Source: Basidiobolus meristosporus CBS 931.73
Lineage: Eukaryota; Fungi; Basidiobolomycota
Direction of reading: 5' to 3'
Length of the DNA stretch: 64,000 nt
NCBI GenBank assembly: GCA_002104905.1
Contig: MCFE01000021.1
Coordinates: forward strand, 172,027-236,026
Every line of letters begins with the position of its first letter. Position 1 is the first letter of the stretch. A program made the position numbers and the translations under genes. The notes below the pieces were generated by a model, which saw only the letters and a list, made by a program, of their open reading frames with translations, did not search any database and had not been told where the DNA came from. Positions 12,678-25,600 of the stretch are shown here, in pieces.

Positions 12678-13917
12678 AGTGGTAATGGAAAGTATTCCAT
12701 TACTACAATATCTATAAACCAATATTGCACTCATTTCTTTATTTTGCTTTTTGCTATTGTGACACACAAGTGAAAGATCAAGAATTTCCAACTTTGAAGA
12801 ACAAATGCTCCAGACCCTGACAGGCAATCCACCCAAGAATTTTATGTCATACAGAACACGTAGTAGCCAACACATGTTTCAAATTACAGCTCATTTGAAG
12901 CAGTACTTAAGGAGTTATGACCAAAAGAGTCCAATCATTATATATACTATGCCTTATTGCTAGGATTACTAGGGTGACTTTGTTGCGTGTAACTTTCAAA
13001 CCAGCCAATCAAATCACATGCAATTTTCACAGGTGCTGCGCCTATGTCCAATCTGCTCCACTGCAAAATTTTAGCTTTGTATCATGTGTATTGCTTGCGC
13101 AATTGCCCAAAAACTGTGATCCTTCAAAATTTTCATATATATGACTTCCCCAGCTGAAAAATAAAGAGGGAGCCTCTCTTTCCGGAATCTCCACACTACA
13201 ATTACAAGTTTAAAGGTTATAAGACTTCCCCTGCATCACTTGCACTGTTGAGTATTCTGACTTTGATAGTACTACATCAGTAAAGAGACTGCAAAGCTCA
13301 CAAGAATCCAATCTAAGTTCTACAGAAACTACCACTTTTCTGTTGGACAAGTCCCCTCTAAGAAACCCCTTTACTCTAAAGACACCCCTTTAGATACCCC
13401 TTTAGTCTAAAGACCCCTTTAGAGACCCCTTTAGGAAACCCCTTTACTCTAAAGAAGCCCCTTTAGGCACCCTTTTAGTGTAAAGTCCACATTAGAGACC
13501 ACTACAAGAAGCCCCTTTACTCTAAAGACACCCCTTTAGACACCCCTTTAGGTCTAAAGACCCCTTTAGAGACTTCTATAACACACCCCTTTAGGTTAAA
13601 GGGGAGTTCAGAATTTCCATATTAGGAAATATTTTCTCAGAGAGGAAAGTTACTTCCAAATAAGGAAAAGTTACTATAAAAGTAAATAAGCCAATTAGTC
13701 AACAGAAGGTCAGAACACTGCTGTAGAAGTGATAAACACTGCCTACAGTATATTTTGAGCCTAAGATTGAGAAAATTAGTGAAAGTTATATCTTCTATCG
13801 GTATATCAAGCTCCCAATAAACTATTTCAGTATTAGCATACTGGAAGCAGTTGCACATTGTTGATTAGCCTCTACATTGTAGAGCAAGCCCCAAACTAAT
13901 CAGAATACAGCACAATA
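12678..13917 (+). repeat. 5' LTR of the gypsy element (about 1240 bp)
   Basis: Direct repeat of 20474-21685, roughly 95% identical by eye. First base is A rather than T. Contains a CCCCTTTA motif array at 13365-13585. Confidence 0.95.
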
Positions 13918-13923
13918 AGAATT

Positions 13924-13940
13924 TGGTGGAGGACCTGGGT
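13924..13940 (+). promoter_or_regulatory. Primer-binding site of the gypsy element (tRNA-Ala-like 3' end, tentative)
   Basis: TGGTGGAGGACCTGGGT a few nt after the 5' LTR, complementary to a tRNA 3' end ...CUCCACCA. The tRNA identity is inference. Confidence 0.65.
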
Positions 13941-16323
13941 AGTTTGAACCTTTCACTATACAAGCATCAAGAAACGTTACAAGAATGACCAATACACCAC
14001 TCCCAGAGTTAATAGCCACTTTTAAAGGTGCCATTCCAGTAAAATTCTCAGGAGAGAATGTTACTGAGCTTCTAGAAGAGTTTAACAATATAGCTGCAGC
14101 ATTTGAGCTATCACACAAGAACAAAATCCAGTTGTTTCCCTTTCTCTGTGAAGTTGAAGTATCAAGATTCTTACAAAGTTTGGATCCATTTAAGATATCT
14201 GTTGGCACTAACTATAACTGGGACACTGCTCAACAAGCTATTTTAGCTGAGTACCAAAAGGAAGCACAGTTTGTTACACTAAATGAGCTAGAAATGCCTT
14301 ATAACAAGACCCAACCCTTGCAGAAGTACATTCAAGAGTTTGAGTCAAAAGCAAGGCATGTTGAAGCAGCTATTGGAATTCCAAGATTTTATCAAAGAAA
14401 CTATTTTCTGATGAGTATGCCTCCTGAAATACGTAATGCCATTAGCCACCAAGTTCAGGCTACAAGCTCCTACAACAATGTTAAACAAATGGTGTTAAAC
14501 TATCAATCAGGGAGACAAGTCATGGATTCCATTAATATTCAAATGAAGATTCCACTCCAGCTAAACAAATTCTTCATTGTACAAATAACCCACAAAGTGA
14601 TCAGGTTAATGATTTAATTGATGCATTAGGAAAACTGACGCTTAAGTTGGACTCTCAAAGTGTACCATCATCAAGCATCAACAAGGCAAGACCAGAAAAT
14701 CCCAAAACAACCAGTAATTATCCACAGCAAACCAAATATTATGTGTACTGTGAATCTGCTGAGCATAGCTGTTATGGTTGTCAAATATTGAATATTGATA
14801 TTGACAGTCATAAGGTTATGATTGATTGTTATGGGAAGATCTGTGATATTGCTGGAAACCCCTTGCCTATCAACAGAGGTTATGGTGGAATGAGGTCCTA
14901 TGTACTTGCTCAAGAAGAATCAAGTAAAAGCACCAAGACATCAAATTTCATACAAATCCAAAGGACTGCAGAAATTCCAAGCAATGAACGTTACGTACTC
15001 ACAATATCAGATCCATCAGGGCAGGTCCAAGAATATCTAATGGAAAAAGAGGAAGTTGAAGAGTTTAATTGCCTTGTTGATAAGAGAAAGTATGTTTCTA
15101 CAGAGAACAATCCTAAAAAAGTGTGTACCAACAAAAGAAATCAGCCAACTGTTGAAATACCAGTACAGCCAGAAACATCAAAAATCCAAAAAGAACACTT
15201 GCAAACTCAATCTAAGTATGACACTACTGCAATTACACAGAAAGTTATCGACAAATTCTGGAAATCTCCATTCCCACAACTTACAAATCAAGAAATGTTC
15301 ACCACCATCAACAATCTCAGTTAACTACTACCAGAAATGGTTAAGCCTATGAACAAAGATATCCTGAAGAATTATCAAGAACAGTCATCAACAATGTTAT
15401 CAGGTGCACAACTACAATTTGAAGTCAAAAAAGCCTTTTACTCTATTACAACAGGAAGCTATGCTGCTACAATCAACAATGTTGAAGTGGAATGTGTTTT
15501 TGATTCTGGATCAGATATCAATGCTATCACCGCTATGAATTTTGAAAAAATCAAATTGCCATTGACAGAAGTTGTCTGGGATATGAGAACTGCTACAGGT
15601 GCAACTGAGAAGATGCTTGGACTTTGTCACTCTGTACCAATTGAAATTGGAGGAATCAGGGTCACTTCTCCCTTTTTCATTGTTGCCAATGGACCCACTT
15701 TTGAGGTATTGTTGGGACAACCATATGAGAGAAAATCTCTTCTACAAGCTGGTAATAGACCTGATGGAAGCTTATGGCTGACAATCACATCTGACAATTG
15801 AAAAAGAAGGGCAACCTTTTGTGCAGCAGAAGAGAATAATCCAAGAAATGCAGACTCCATTCCAGTACAAAACATACAGGTTCATAAGGATATTTTGTTT
15901 TATGATCAACACTTCATTCCATTGACAACAAGTAAGACAAATACCAAGTATAAGCCAGTTGCATTGAAAGCAAAGCCAGTATCTACTGGAATATCACCAT
16001 CTGCCCACAACAATCCTCAAATGGAGCCTTTGCACAAATATGACAAAATCAAACTCACAGAAGAGAAGCTCAAGGAGTTGGCTATTGGGACTACTCTTTC
16101 CACTGAGGAGAAAAGTCTCTTTTTGATTATGCTACAATGCTATGACAATGTCTTTGCATTTAATGATGCACAAAGAGGATGTTTATCCACAGAGCTATTT
16201 CCACCGGTTAAGATCCATACCGTTGAACATACACCATGGGCACTGAGATCATATCCTATTCCCTCAAGATTATTGAACAAAGTAATTGAAGTGCTACAAT
16301 CAAGATTTCAATGTGGAGTCATT

Positions 16324-17056
16324 AGACTTGTTCCATTGGATAGTGCCACATTGAGCCATGAGTGCCAAATAGTGCCATTGCGTGCCAGAGAGGCATAGTA
16401 GACCTAAACTTGGCCCCAGAGTGTGAAACATAACTCTGCATCTTCACGCAAAGCAGCCCCTGTGTTTCACCCATTGTGTTGGAGAAAATCCATTTTTTGA
16501 CCTTTTTTTTGGATCTATGTTGTGCATGATGTGTAAGAGCACAGAATAATTGAAGACATGCACCTGGTACTCAATACCCATGGCACTCTGAAACTAGCTC
16601 CTGTAGCATGTATCATGTCACAAAAATGAATGGCACTATCTTGGTCCACTGGTACTATCTGGCACTATATTTAAATATTAGCCCTAAAGTAAGACCCATA
16701 CAAAGCACTTATAGTGCCAGATAGTACCAGTGGACCAAGATAGTGCCATTCATTTTTGTGACATGATACAAGCAACAGGAGCTAGTTTCAGAGTGCCATG
16801 GGTATTGAGTACCTGGTGCATGTCTTCAGCACTCCTGTGCTCTTACACATCCTGCACAACATTGATCCAAAAAAAATGGTCAAAAAATGGATTTTCTCCA
16901 ACACAATGTGTGAAACACAGGGGCTGCTTTGCATGAAGATGAAGCGCTATGTTTCACACTCTGTGGCCAAGTTTAGGCTCACATGGCCTCCCTGGCACAC
17001 TATGGCATCATTTGGCACTCATGGCTCAATGTGGCACTATCCAACGGAACAAGTCT
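16324..17056. mobile_element. Foldback (long-TIR) non-autonomous element, 733 bp, ATT TSD, related to the PHIS element at 4344-7748
   Basis: Inverted arms of about 346 bp (16324-16669 and 16710-17056) around a 40-bp spacer. Termini AGACTTGTTCC...GGAACAAGTCT; ATT at 16321-16323 and 17057-17059. Removal restores gypsy RT GVIEYSYGPY. Confidence 0.95.
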
Positions 17057-18196
17057 ATTGAATATAGCTATGGACCTTATTGCAATCCCTGGTTTACACC
17101 GTTGAAGAAAAATGGAAGTCTACGGTTTATTCAAGATGTACAGCATTTGAATAAGGTCACCATCAAAGATGCTATGCAACCACCCATACAACATGAGTAT
17201 ATTGAGTCATTTACTGGATATCCTCTGATTACAACATTGGATCTTTATTCACAATATGACCAAATACTTCTGGATCCTACCTCAAGAGATTTCACTGCTA
17301 TGGATACACCAATAGGACTCATAAGGATGACAAGAATTCCTCAAGGATGGACAAACTCTGTCCAAAATTATCAATGTGCAATGATTTGAGTTTTGGATGA
17401 CTGTTTCCCTGAAATATGCCAACCATTTCTTGATGACATTGCAGTTAAGGATAAGTCCAGAGAAAAAGATACATCGCATGTCTTACCTCAAGTAACAAGA
17501 TATGTTTATGATCACATATGCTCTGTTGAAAGGGTCATGAAGAAACTTCAAGCTTCTGGTCTGACTGTATCAGGAGCCAAATGCAAGTTTGGCTACAACA
17601 AAGCAATCATTCTAGGTGAACTTGTTACTGAAAAAGGGAGATTGCCTGATCCTGCAAAACTTTCATTGGCACTGAATTGGAAGCCACCAAGGAATATTCA
17701 TCAAGTCAGACAATTGTTAGGACTTACTGGTCTATTCAGAATCTGGATCAAGAACTATGCTCAAATTGCTAAGCCACTGACTCAGTTATTACAGAAAAAC
17801 CAGAAATTTGAATGGCATGAGGAACAGGCAAATGCTATGTTGACATTGCTTGAGTCATTATTAAAGCCACCTGTCTTAGCAGCTATAGACTACAGTGTTA
17901 TTGATTCACAACCAATCATTGTATCAGTTGATAGCTCTGGAATTGGGGCTGGTGGAATCATGATTAAAGTTTTGAAAGATCATCATTGACAACCTTGCAA
18001 ATATCTTAGTAAACTATTTGAAGGGAATGAGCTTAACTATCCATCTATCAAGAAAGAAGCACTGGGAGTACTCTATGTACTCAAAAAGCTAAAGCCATAC
18101 TTATTAGGAGTACACTTCACACTGGAGGTTGATGCCAAGCCATTATTAGGAATGTTGAATAAGTTGGAGCTTTTGCCTGATCCTATTCTAGCACGG

Positions 18197-19000
18197 TGTG
18201 GTAGGGTAAACATACCTCCCACAGACAAGTTTATTCATATAGTCATTATGATATACTTATCCATATTTTATCTTATCAGTATTATCCCATTCTTCTTTTG
18301 CCCATATTATCAGTATTATCCCCATATGATGTTTACCCTGATTAGTTATTAGCATTAGTTATCCCAGATGTTATTCAGCTTTGTGATCAGTAGATGTATC
18401 TATATAAGGCAAGTACCCGCGTCAGTACCCGTGACACATGACCTAGGTCTGCGTTACCATCTCTACCATTTCAATACCATATATGGTATTTCTATGTTGC
18501 ACAGGTTTCAGACTACTGATTCCTGATTGGTTGAGAGTGCTGTGCCTTTTAGAACCTTCCAGGACATTCTTGGCATATTTTTAGCTCATAGTGATGTCAT
18601 CAAGAATTCCACTGATACCTAGAATCTTCTAGAACCTTGTCATTAGTAATCACTTGGCAATCAGGAAAAGTATTTAAGGGAAAGCAATCCCTCATCAATA
18701 AATCATCCCTTCTATCAGTAACACTTCTACCTTATTGATTAGCAGTTGATCACTGCACCTGCCTTCAACAGTACATCTCAGACCTGCCATCAAGGAGCTT
18801 TTCAGGGTAGTGCACAAGACACACAGAGGTCTTTGGAGACACTTGGAGCACCTAGGAAGCAAGAGAAGCAGGAGCTTTTACCATAGAGACATACTGACAA
18901 AGACACCAGCAGTTTAGACCCAGAGGTTATTGCACCCATCAGACACCTCACACACCTTGAGTTGTGTAGCTTCTCCCAGGAGTACCTCTACACCACCACA
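18197..19000 (+). repeat. Solo LTR (804 bp, TGTGG...CCACA) inserted in gypsy RNaseH
   Basis: Flanked by ACGG (18193-18196) and ATGG (19001-19004), a 4-bp TSD with CpG decay. Removal restores PDPILARWISYIQILDF. Strand is not independently established. Confidence 0.85.
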
Positions 19001-19382
19001 ATGGTGGATATCATACATCCAGATCCTTGACTTTATGCTGCAACACATACCAGGAGCCAATCACAAAGGACCTGATGCCTTATCTAGAAAGCAACCAAAT
19101 TCACCGTACTCAACTGATGATGATGAGATTGATGAGTGTCTTGAAAACACTAGTCTTGGATTCTCATTCAGACATATGATACAAAGCAATTATCAACAAA
19201 TCAAGGAATTTCTTACATCACTCAAAGTTCCTGCTAATATTCCCACAAATCAACGCACAAATTTTAAAAGGAAGGCTCTGAAGTTTATACTGTATGACAG
19301 CACACTTTTCAGAAAAAGCAAACATGGAGTTCCTTGACGGTATATACATAACAAGCATGATCAAGAGAAGATCATTCAAGAA

Positions 19383-20465
19383 TTGCATGAATCTGAATCA
19401 GGAGGTCATAAGGGAATTACATCAACATATGCAAAAATCTCCTTACGGTATTTTTGGCCAACACTGTACACTGACACAAAAGAATATGTGAAATCATGTA
19501 TTGCATGTCAAAGAAGAGACAACCAAAAGATGCATGAACCACTTCACAGTATATACACATCTTATGCTTGGCAAATTGCACATGTAGATATTATACATTT
19601 ACCAAGGGCAACAGCTGGGTATAAGTATGTGGTGGACTGTTGTGATAATTTTGCTGGTTGGATAGAGGCTAGAATGCTGAAACAAGCCAATGCAAAAGCA
19701 GTAGCAAGATTTCTCAAAGAAGATGTATATCTCAGACATGGTTCAGTTGGCACCCTTATTGCAGACAATGGAGAATGTGGATCTTATGAAATACAAGCAC
19801 TAGCAACAAAGCATGGAACCAAGCTTATACATACTACGCCATATCACCCACAGGCAAATTCACCAGTTGAACGTGGACATTCTGCTTTTGCAAACACATT
19901 AGCAAAGCTTAGCTATGAAGAACCCAACAAGTGGGCAAATAACCTTCATGCAGCAATTTGGGCTGATAGAGTTACGGTAAAAAGAAGTACAGGGTATACA
20001 CCATTTTTTTTAATATATGGACATGAAGCTGTTTTGCCAATAGACATATCTTTTGAGAGTTGGCTTACCCTCCCATGGAAACCAACCATGACAACATCAG
20101 AGCTATTGCTAGCAAGAGTACAACAGATTCAACAAGCACACACTCTGCAACAGAATGCAATAGAAAACCTGAAAAAATCCAGAATGGCTGGCAAGGAGTA
20201 CTTTGACGCTCATAAATGCCTAAGAAAAACATTGTTAGAAGTAGGTGAGTTGACACTACTTCACAACCCAAAAAGCCAAAGAAACAAGGCATCCAGGCTG
20301 GATATGCAATGGCAAGGTCCCTACAAGATCATACATGCAAACAAAAACGGATCTTACAAACTAGCAGAACTTGACAGTACACCACTTGCACTGACACAAC
20401 CTGGTAACAGATTGAAGAACTTCCATATCAGAAGTAATAATGAGGGCATTATTTCTCAAAGTTAG
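19383..20465 (+). CDS. Gypsy integrase domain, open 360-codon stretch of pol
   Basis: HESESGGHKG...CIAC zinc finger, AHVDIIHL, IADNG, PQANSPVER core motifs. Upstream pol is disrupted, so the protein is probably not expressed. Confidence 0.85.
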   Translation: MHESESGGHKGITSTYAKISLRYFWPTLYTDTKEYVKSCIACQRRDNQKMHEPLHSIYTSYAWQIAHVDIIHLPRATAGYKYVVDCCDNFAGWIEARMLKQANAKAVARFLKEDVYLRHGSVGTLIADNGECGSYEIQALATKHGTKLIHTTPYHPQANSPVERGHSAFANTLAKLSYEEPNKWANNLHAAIWADRVTVKRSTGYTPFFLIYGHEAVLPIDISFESWLTLPWKPTMTTSELLLARVQQIQQAHTLQQNAIENLKKSRMAGKEYFDAHKCLRKTLLEVGELTLLHNPKSQRNKASRLDMQWQGPYKIIHANKNGSYKLAELDSTPLALTQPGNRLKNFHIRSNNEGIISQS

Positions 20466-20473
20466 GGGAGACT

Positions 20474-21685
20474 TGTGGTAATGGAAAGTATTCCATTACT
20501 AAAATATCTCTAAACCAATATTGCACTCATTTCTTTATTTTACTTTTTGCTATTGTAACACACAAGTGAAAGATCAAGAATTTCCAACTTTGAAGAGCAA
20601 ATGCTCCAGACCCTGACAAACAATCCACCCAAGAATATTATGTCATACAGAACACGTAGTAGCCAACACATGTTTCAAATTACAGCTCATTTGAAGCAGT
20701 ACTTGAGGAGTTATGACCAAAAGAGTCCAATTATTATATATACTAAGCCTTATTGCTAGGATTACTAGGGTGACTTTGATCGCGTGTAACTTTTGAACCA
20801 GCCAATCAAATCACGTGCGATTTTCACAGGTGCTGTGCCTATGTCCGATCTGCTCCACTGCAAAATTTTAGCTTTGTATCATGTGTATTGCTTGCGCAAT
20901 TGCCCAAAAACTTTGATCCTTCAAAATTCACATATATATGACTTCCCCAGCTGAAAAATAAAGAGGGAGCCTCTCTTTCCGGAATCTCCACACTACAATT
21001 ACAAGTTTAAAGGTTATAAGACTTCCCCTGCATCACTTGCACTGTTGAGTATTCCGACTTTGATAGGTACTACATTAGTAAAGAGACTGCAAAGCTCACA
21101 AGAATCCAATCTAAGTTCTACAAGAAGCTACCACTTTTCTGTTGGAAAAGTCCCCTCTAAGAAACCCCTTTATTCTAAAGACACCCCTTTAGATACCCCT
21201 TTAGTCTAAAGACCCCTTTAGAGACCCCATTAGGAAACCCCTTTACTCTAAAGAAGCCCCTTTAGGCACCCTTTTAGTGTAAAGTCCATATTAGAGACCA
21301 CTACAAGAAGCCCCTTTACTCTAAAGACACCCCTTTAGAGACTTCTATAACACACCCCTTTAGGTTAAAGGGGAGTTCAGAATTTCCATATTAGGAAATT
21401 TTTCTCAGAAAGGAAAGTGACTTCAAAATAAGGAAAAGTTACTATAAAAGTAAATAAGCTGATTAGTCAACAGTAGGTCAGAACACTGCTGTAGAAGTGA
21501 TAAACACTGCCTACAGTATATTTTGAGCCTAAGATTGAGGAAATTAGTGAAAGTTATACCTTCTATCGGTATATCAAACTACCAATAAACTATTTCAGTA
21601 TTAGCATACTGGAAGCTGTTGTACATTGTTGATTAGCCTCTACATTGTAGAACAAGCCCCTAACTAATCAGAATACAACACAACA
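20474..21685 (+). repeat. 3' LTR of the gypsy element (about 1212 bp, TGTGG...CAACA)
   Basis: Follows the PPT. Matches 12678-13917 with about 30 bp fewer CCCCTTTA repeat sequence. Confidence 0.95.
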
Positions 21686-21975
21686 GAGCTTGGTGCTATC
21701 TGAAAGCTCTGACCTTCCTTATCCATATATGGTAGCAGTCTGATGTTTATCATGCTTGGAACATGTCCAGATATCTCACATTCAGTGGGTGTTGTCAGCC
21801 AGCATATTCAGAACTATGGATCTGATCATATTATAGCAGTTAAGCAAATTTTTAGATACCTAAAAGGAACTGCTAATATCTGCTCAAGATACACTTATAA
21901 GAATTCAGAACAGGATCTTGTGGGATGCTCTGATGCAGCTTGGGGACAAAATTTGGAAAACAGAAGTTCCACCTC

Positions 21976-22460
21976 AGGATACACTTTTCTGATTTAGAAC
22001 TCAGTTACTACTCAGGGATTAAGTTCTCCATAGACAGAAGCACCCAGACTATCACCCTAAGCCAATCCAAGTATATTCAAGATATACTAAAGAAGTACAA
22101 AATGGAAGACTGTAAATCTGTATCTACCTCAATGGAGACAATCCTTAACTTGGTCAGAACTTAACCAAATCAAGAGAGCTTGGTGCTATCTGAAAGCCCT
22201 GACCTTCCTTATCAATCTATGGTAGCAGTCTGATGTATATCATGCTTGGAACATGTCCAGATAACTCATATTCAGTGGTAGTTATCTGCAAACATAATCA
22301 GAACTATGGATCTGATCATATTATAGCAGCTAAGCAAATTTTTAGATACCTAAAAGGAACTGCTAATATCTGCTTAAGATACACTTATAAGAATTCAGAA
22401 CAGGATCTTGTGGGATGCTCTGATGCTGATTGGGGACAAAATTTGGAAAACAGAAGTTCC
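21976..22460 (+). repeat. Duplicated copia RT segment containing the empty gypsy target site
   Basis: 21976-22190 repeats 12492-12677 and 22190-22460 repeats 21686-21975. Reads caagagagcttggtgc uninterrupted at about 22181-22196. Confidence 0.85.
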
Positions 22461-22891
22461 ACCACAGGATACACCTTTCTTTACTGTAAAGGAGCAATAT
22501 CATGGAATTCAGGAAAGCAACCAACTGTAGCACTTTCTACCACAGAGGCAGAGTATGTGGCAGTCTCTGAAGCTACAAAAGCAGCAATGTGGTCAGGAAA
22601 GCTTTTTACAGATTTAGGCCTATGTCAAAAAATTCCTATCACTTTATTTCAAGATAATCAAGGATGTATACAATTAGGTAGAAATTCAGCTTTTCATGCT
22701 AGAACCAAGCACATAGATATTAGACATCATTTCATATGTGAAGCTATAGGGAATAACTTAGTTAGCTTAGTTTACTGTCCTACAGATGAAATGATTGCAG
22801 ACACATTTACAAAACCATAAGCTAGAGACAGGTTTGAGTATCTTAGGTCAAAATTAGGACTAGTCAGTATGAGCATTTAGCTCAGTGAGAG

Positions 22892-23240
22892 TGTTGTAAA
22901 AATTTGTAATTCCACCTAAATACTGACCTAACTTAGTCACTTAGGTCATTACCTTCAAATCCCTGAGAATACTGACCAAATCCCTTGTTAGGACTTACTT
23001 GGAATATTTTCACCAAAATACCAGGTACCCAGAACATGAAGATTCTCAAAGTGGTCCAAACAGCCCCAAACCTCTCACACATGTTCTTGGGACCCTCCTT
23101 AACCTATTATATAAGCTTGTAACACCAAGACCATGTAAAAGTATAAATACTACTTTTACATTCAATGAATCATTAAGTGAAAAACACATAATCTACTTGT
23201 CCTCCCAATCACTTCCAATATATCCAAGACTCTTACAACA
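22892..23240 (+). repeat. 3' LTR of copia family B (349 bp, TGTTG...CAACA)
   Basis: Starts TGTTG after a purine tract downstream of RNaseH and ends CAACA. Homologous to the inverted solo LTR at 27178-27509 and more distantly to 26074-26421. Confidence 0.88.
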
Positions 23241-24080
23241 TTTGATACTCTAGAGTTTTTTGGCAAGTGTCTCCATTTGGAAAATGAGTTGTAGCATGTC
23301 ATCCTCTGGCCTCATCATCATGTTGAAGAACTTTCTTATTAATTAAAGCTTATTTGATACTGCCTTTGCACTTAAGATTTTCTCTAAGGATTCTCATGCT
23401 GCTATGGCAATATTAGAAGCACAAATTTGTCCAATGAAAGAATCTTGCATATTGTTACAAATGGCATTAAAGGCATTTCTCTCCATGTCTTGCTGCTTTA
23501 AAGCTTCACCTGCTGCTCCTTTGGGCTCAACTTCCTTTCCTGATACTATACTCTAAAGCTTTCTTTCTGCAAGGTGATCTTCTTCTTAATTCTCTAAAGT
23601 CTGTAGTCCTTCCCATTAAATGGCGTCTTTGTGGAGAAGATGTTAGTACTGTTGTGTTTATTAGTATATTTTATATATAAAATATATTAAGCCATTTGGG
23701 GCTTGAAACCTATTGCAATACAGGAGGTGTTTGGATATAAGGAAACTATTGAGAAATAATGATAATGGTTGAACTGATGCTTATTGATACTGAAGCTCTG
23801 TACTGATATCTTTGCAGATATAATACAGCTGTAACACTAGGTAAGGTGAGTCTCTGAACACTCAGGAGCATTCTCTTACAGTCTCAGGGTTGGTAAATAA
23901 TGCTTGGTAAAGTGCTAATTTGATCTTGACTATAGGCAAATAATCATAGGATCATAGATCTGAAAGAAAGTGGCAAAGTTTAAGGCTGTTGATTATGCCT
24001 ATAGTTGCTAAGACTAGTCCAGAGTTGTCAAGTAGGTTTTAGTTGCTGAATGATACCAAGTAGCTCAGTAGTTCAACACA
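23241..24080 (-). mobile_element. Copia family A copy 3: 5' LTR (23711-24080), PBS-like GGTTTCAAGCCCC (23698-23710) and gag start
   Basis: On the minus strand the LTR begins TGTGTTGAACTACTG, homologous to 3197-3295. The gag region 23260-23560 is homologous to 9240-9495 and 1-130. Confidence 0.8.
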
Positions 24081-24199
24081 TTCTGGTTTGCCTTGAGTTC
24101 CTGATGGCCCCATAGTTTACCAGCCTGAAGGTAAAGCCATGCTAGAACTTAGTTGTCACTTAGGTTCAGTTAACTCATTCAAGAGTCTTATTACACTTT

Positions 24200-25600
24200 T
24201 CTCTTGGATACCACAGTATGTTTGACCATGCCTTTGCCATGGTACTTGATGGGTTATCATCAAACAGGTACTCTACCAGCAAATCCTGCTGGCCATGGAT
24301 TCTAATCAAACTGAATCTGTCAACTATCTTACGGTATCAAAGCCAAAATGTGATGGTAGTCTCACTGGTTTCTGGGCCTAAATCACTGTCCAATCTGGAC
24401 AGCTACCTGTATCCATTGCTGGATGAATATTGTATGCTTTCCAGCAGGATAACTGTAAATGACCATCATGTCAAAGTGCATATTATTATCTGCATTGGGG
24501 ATGCCCCATCCATCAGCAAGATAGCTGGCTTTTCTGGGCACAATGGATGATATTGCTGTCAAATTTGTGAGATACAAGGGAATTACTCCATAACTCTCAC
24601 ACATTATTATTACCCAAACACTAACACTAAGAACACCATGCTCCTGTAGAGAAAACATACAGAAGTCAGCATGCAATTGCAACAAAGTTGTTAAGCTATA
24701 AGCCATTGGCTGGAATGTGGAATTAAATGGAAACTAGAGATACTTAAGATAGAAGGTATCTGCTGGAGCACAAGCTTTCCACTGAGAGCAATGCATTTGC
24801 TTTTCAACAATATCTCTTTAGTGATGACCAAGTTGTACATGCGGCATTTTGAGCTAAATAAGCCCTTCATGATACTGGAGAAATTTGAAAGAGTTGGCAA
24901 GATAGTGCTTCTGCCCCACTTGTTAGGAAGTCCAGAACCATCTCACAAAAGGAATTTCCCCTAGGTCATCAGTAGACACAGAAAATGAAGAAAAATGGGA
25001 GAATACTACTACCACAAATTAGGATACTTCCTAAATGGAGCAAAAACCTATGTAGGCTATACTTGGACTATCTGGCAATGCTGATATGTTCCATGGAGCC
25101 TCTTGTACAAAGTTCCCAAGCCAGAAACCCCAGAAGAGCCTTGAAACTCTAGCAGGATCTGTCAGATATTGTGATATATATTGGAGCAGATTATTTAATG
25201 CAGAAGTCTTGATGTCTGCTATGTATGGAGCTGAATGTCATTGTTGCATAATATCCTTGACCTTTCATGAGATGGTCAAATCAAGTTGATGATAAAATTC
25301 CAGTTCCTTCTGGAAAGTTCTTTTACATTCATGGTATTGTCTTATACCAAACTGGGTAAGTTAAGAAGCAAATGGACTTTGAATCTATGGTAAATGAAGT
25401 AGTCAGTCCACAGAAAGTTATTGCTCTTTAAGGAAGACAAACATGACCATTCTAGATCATTTTTTGTGGTTCTGAATCACTATACAAATGTGGCTCAAGT
25501 GGGAGTAGGCCATTCTGGCTCAGAGCTGAGCAAATGCTTTTTTTTGACCATGTTATATGTACCACTGTGCCAGGAAATGCAGATAATCTCCATCATGTGT
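24200..25600 (+). pseudogene. CACTA/EnSpm (Transposase_21/tnp2-like) transposase relic
   Basis: LVLDG...SCWPWIL..NL..ILRY...VSGPKS..NLDSYLYPL...IGDAPSISKIAGFSGHNG*YCCQIC, followed by MHLLFNNI. Multiple stops. No termini found and the extent is approximate. Confidence 0.8.

Larger units (their letters stand above)
12678..21685 (+). mobile_element. Full-length Ty3/gypsy LTR retrotransposon (decayed) with GAGC target duplication
   Basis: Two LTRs of about 1.2 kb; GAGC at 12674-12677 and 21686-21689; PBS TGGTGGAGGACC at 13924; PPT TTAGGGGAGAC before 20474. Gypsy order: gag (13985-15324, with zinc-knuckle relic), protease FDSGS (15337-15801), RT DLYSQYDQI/PQGWTNS/FLDD (15895-17989), RNaseH, integrase HHCC plus core (19005-20465). 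No chromodomain seen. Confidence 0.96.
9496..23240 (+). mobile_element. Ty1/copia family B element (5' LTR missing), host of the gypsy insertion
   Basis: gag NYQVWKVK...GL*DIV from about 9496 and ORF 9561-10070; protease WYIDSGAS near 10270; WHRRFGHI GAG-pre-integrase; integrase 10870-11500; RT 11869-12677, resuming at 21686; RNaseH TKHIDIRHHF (22233-22820); 3' LTR 22892-23240. Confidence 0.9.

Noticed and set aside
13355-13600. CRISPR-like or interstitial telomere interpretation of the CCCCTTTA array
   Set aside because: The context is eukaryotic, the spacers are only a few nt and irregular, the unit differs from TTAGGG, and the array is an internal part of both gypsy LTRs.
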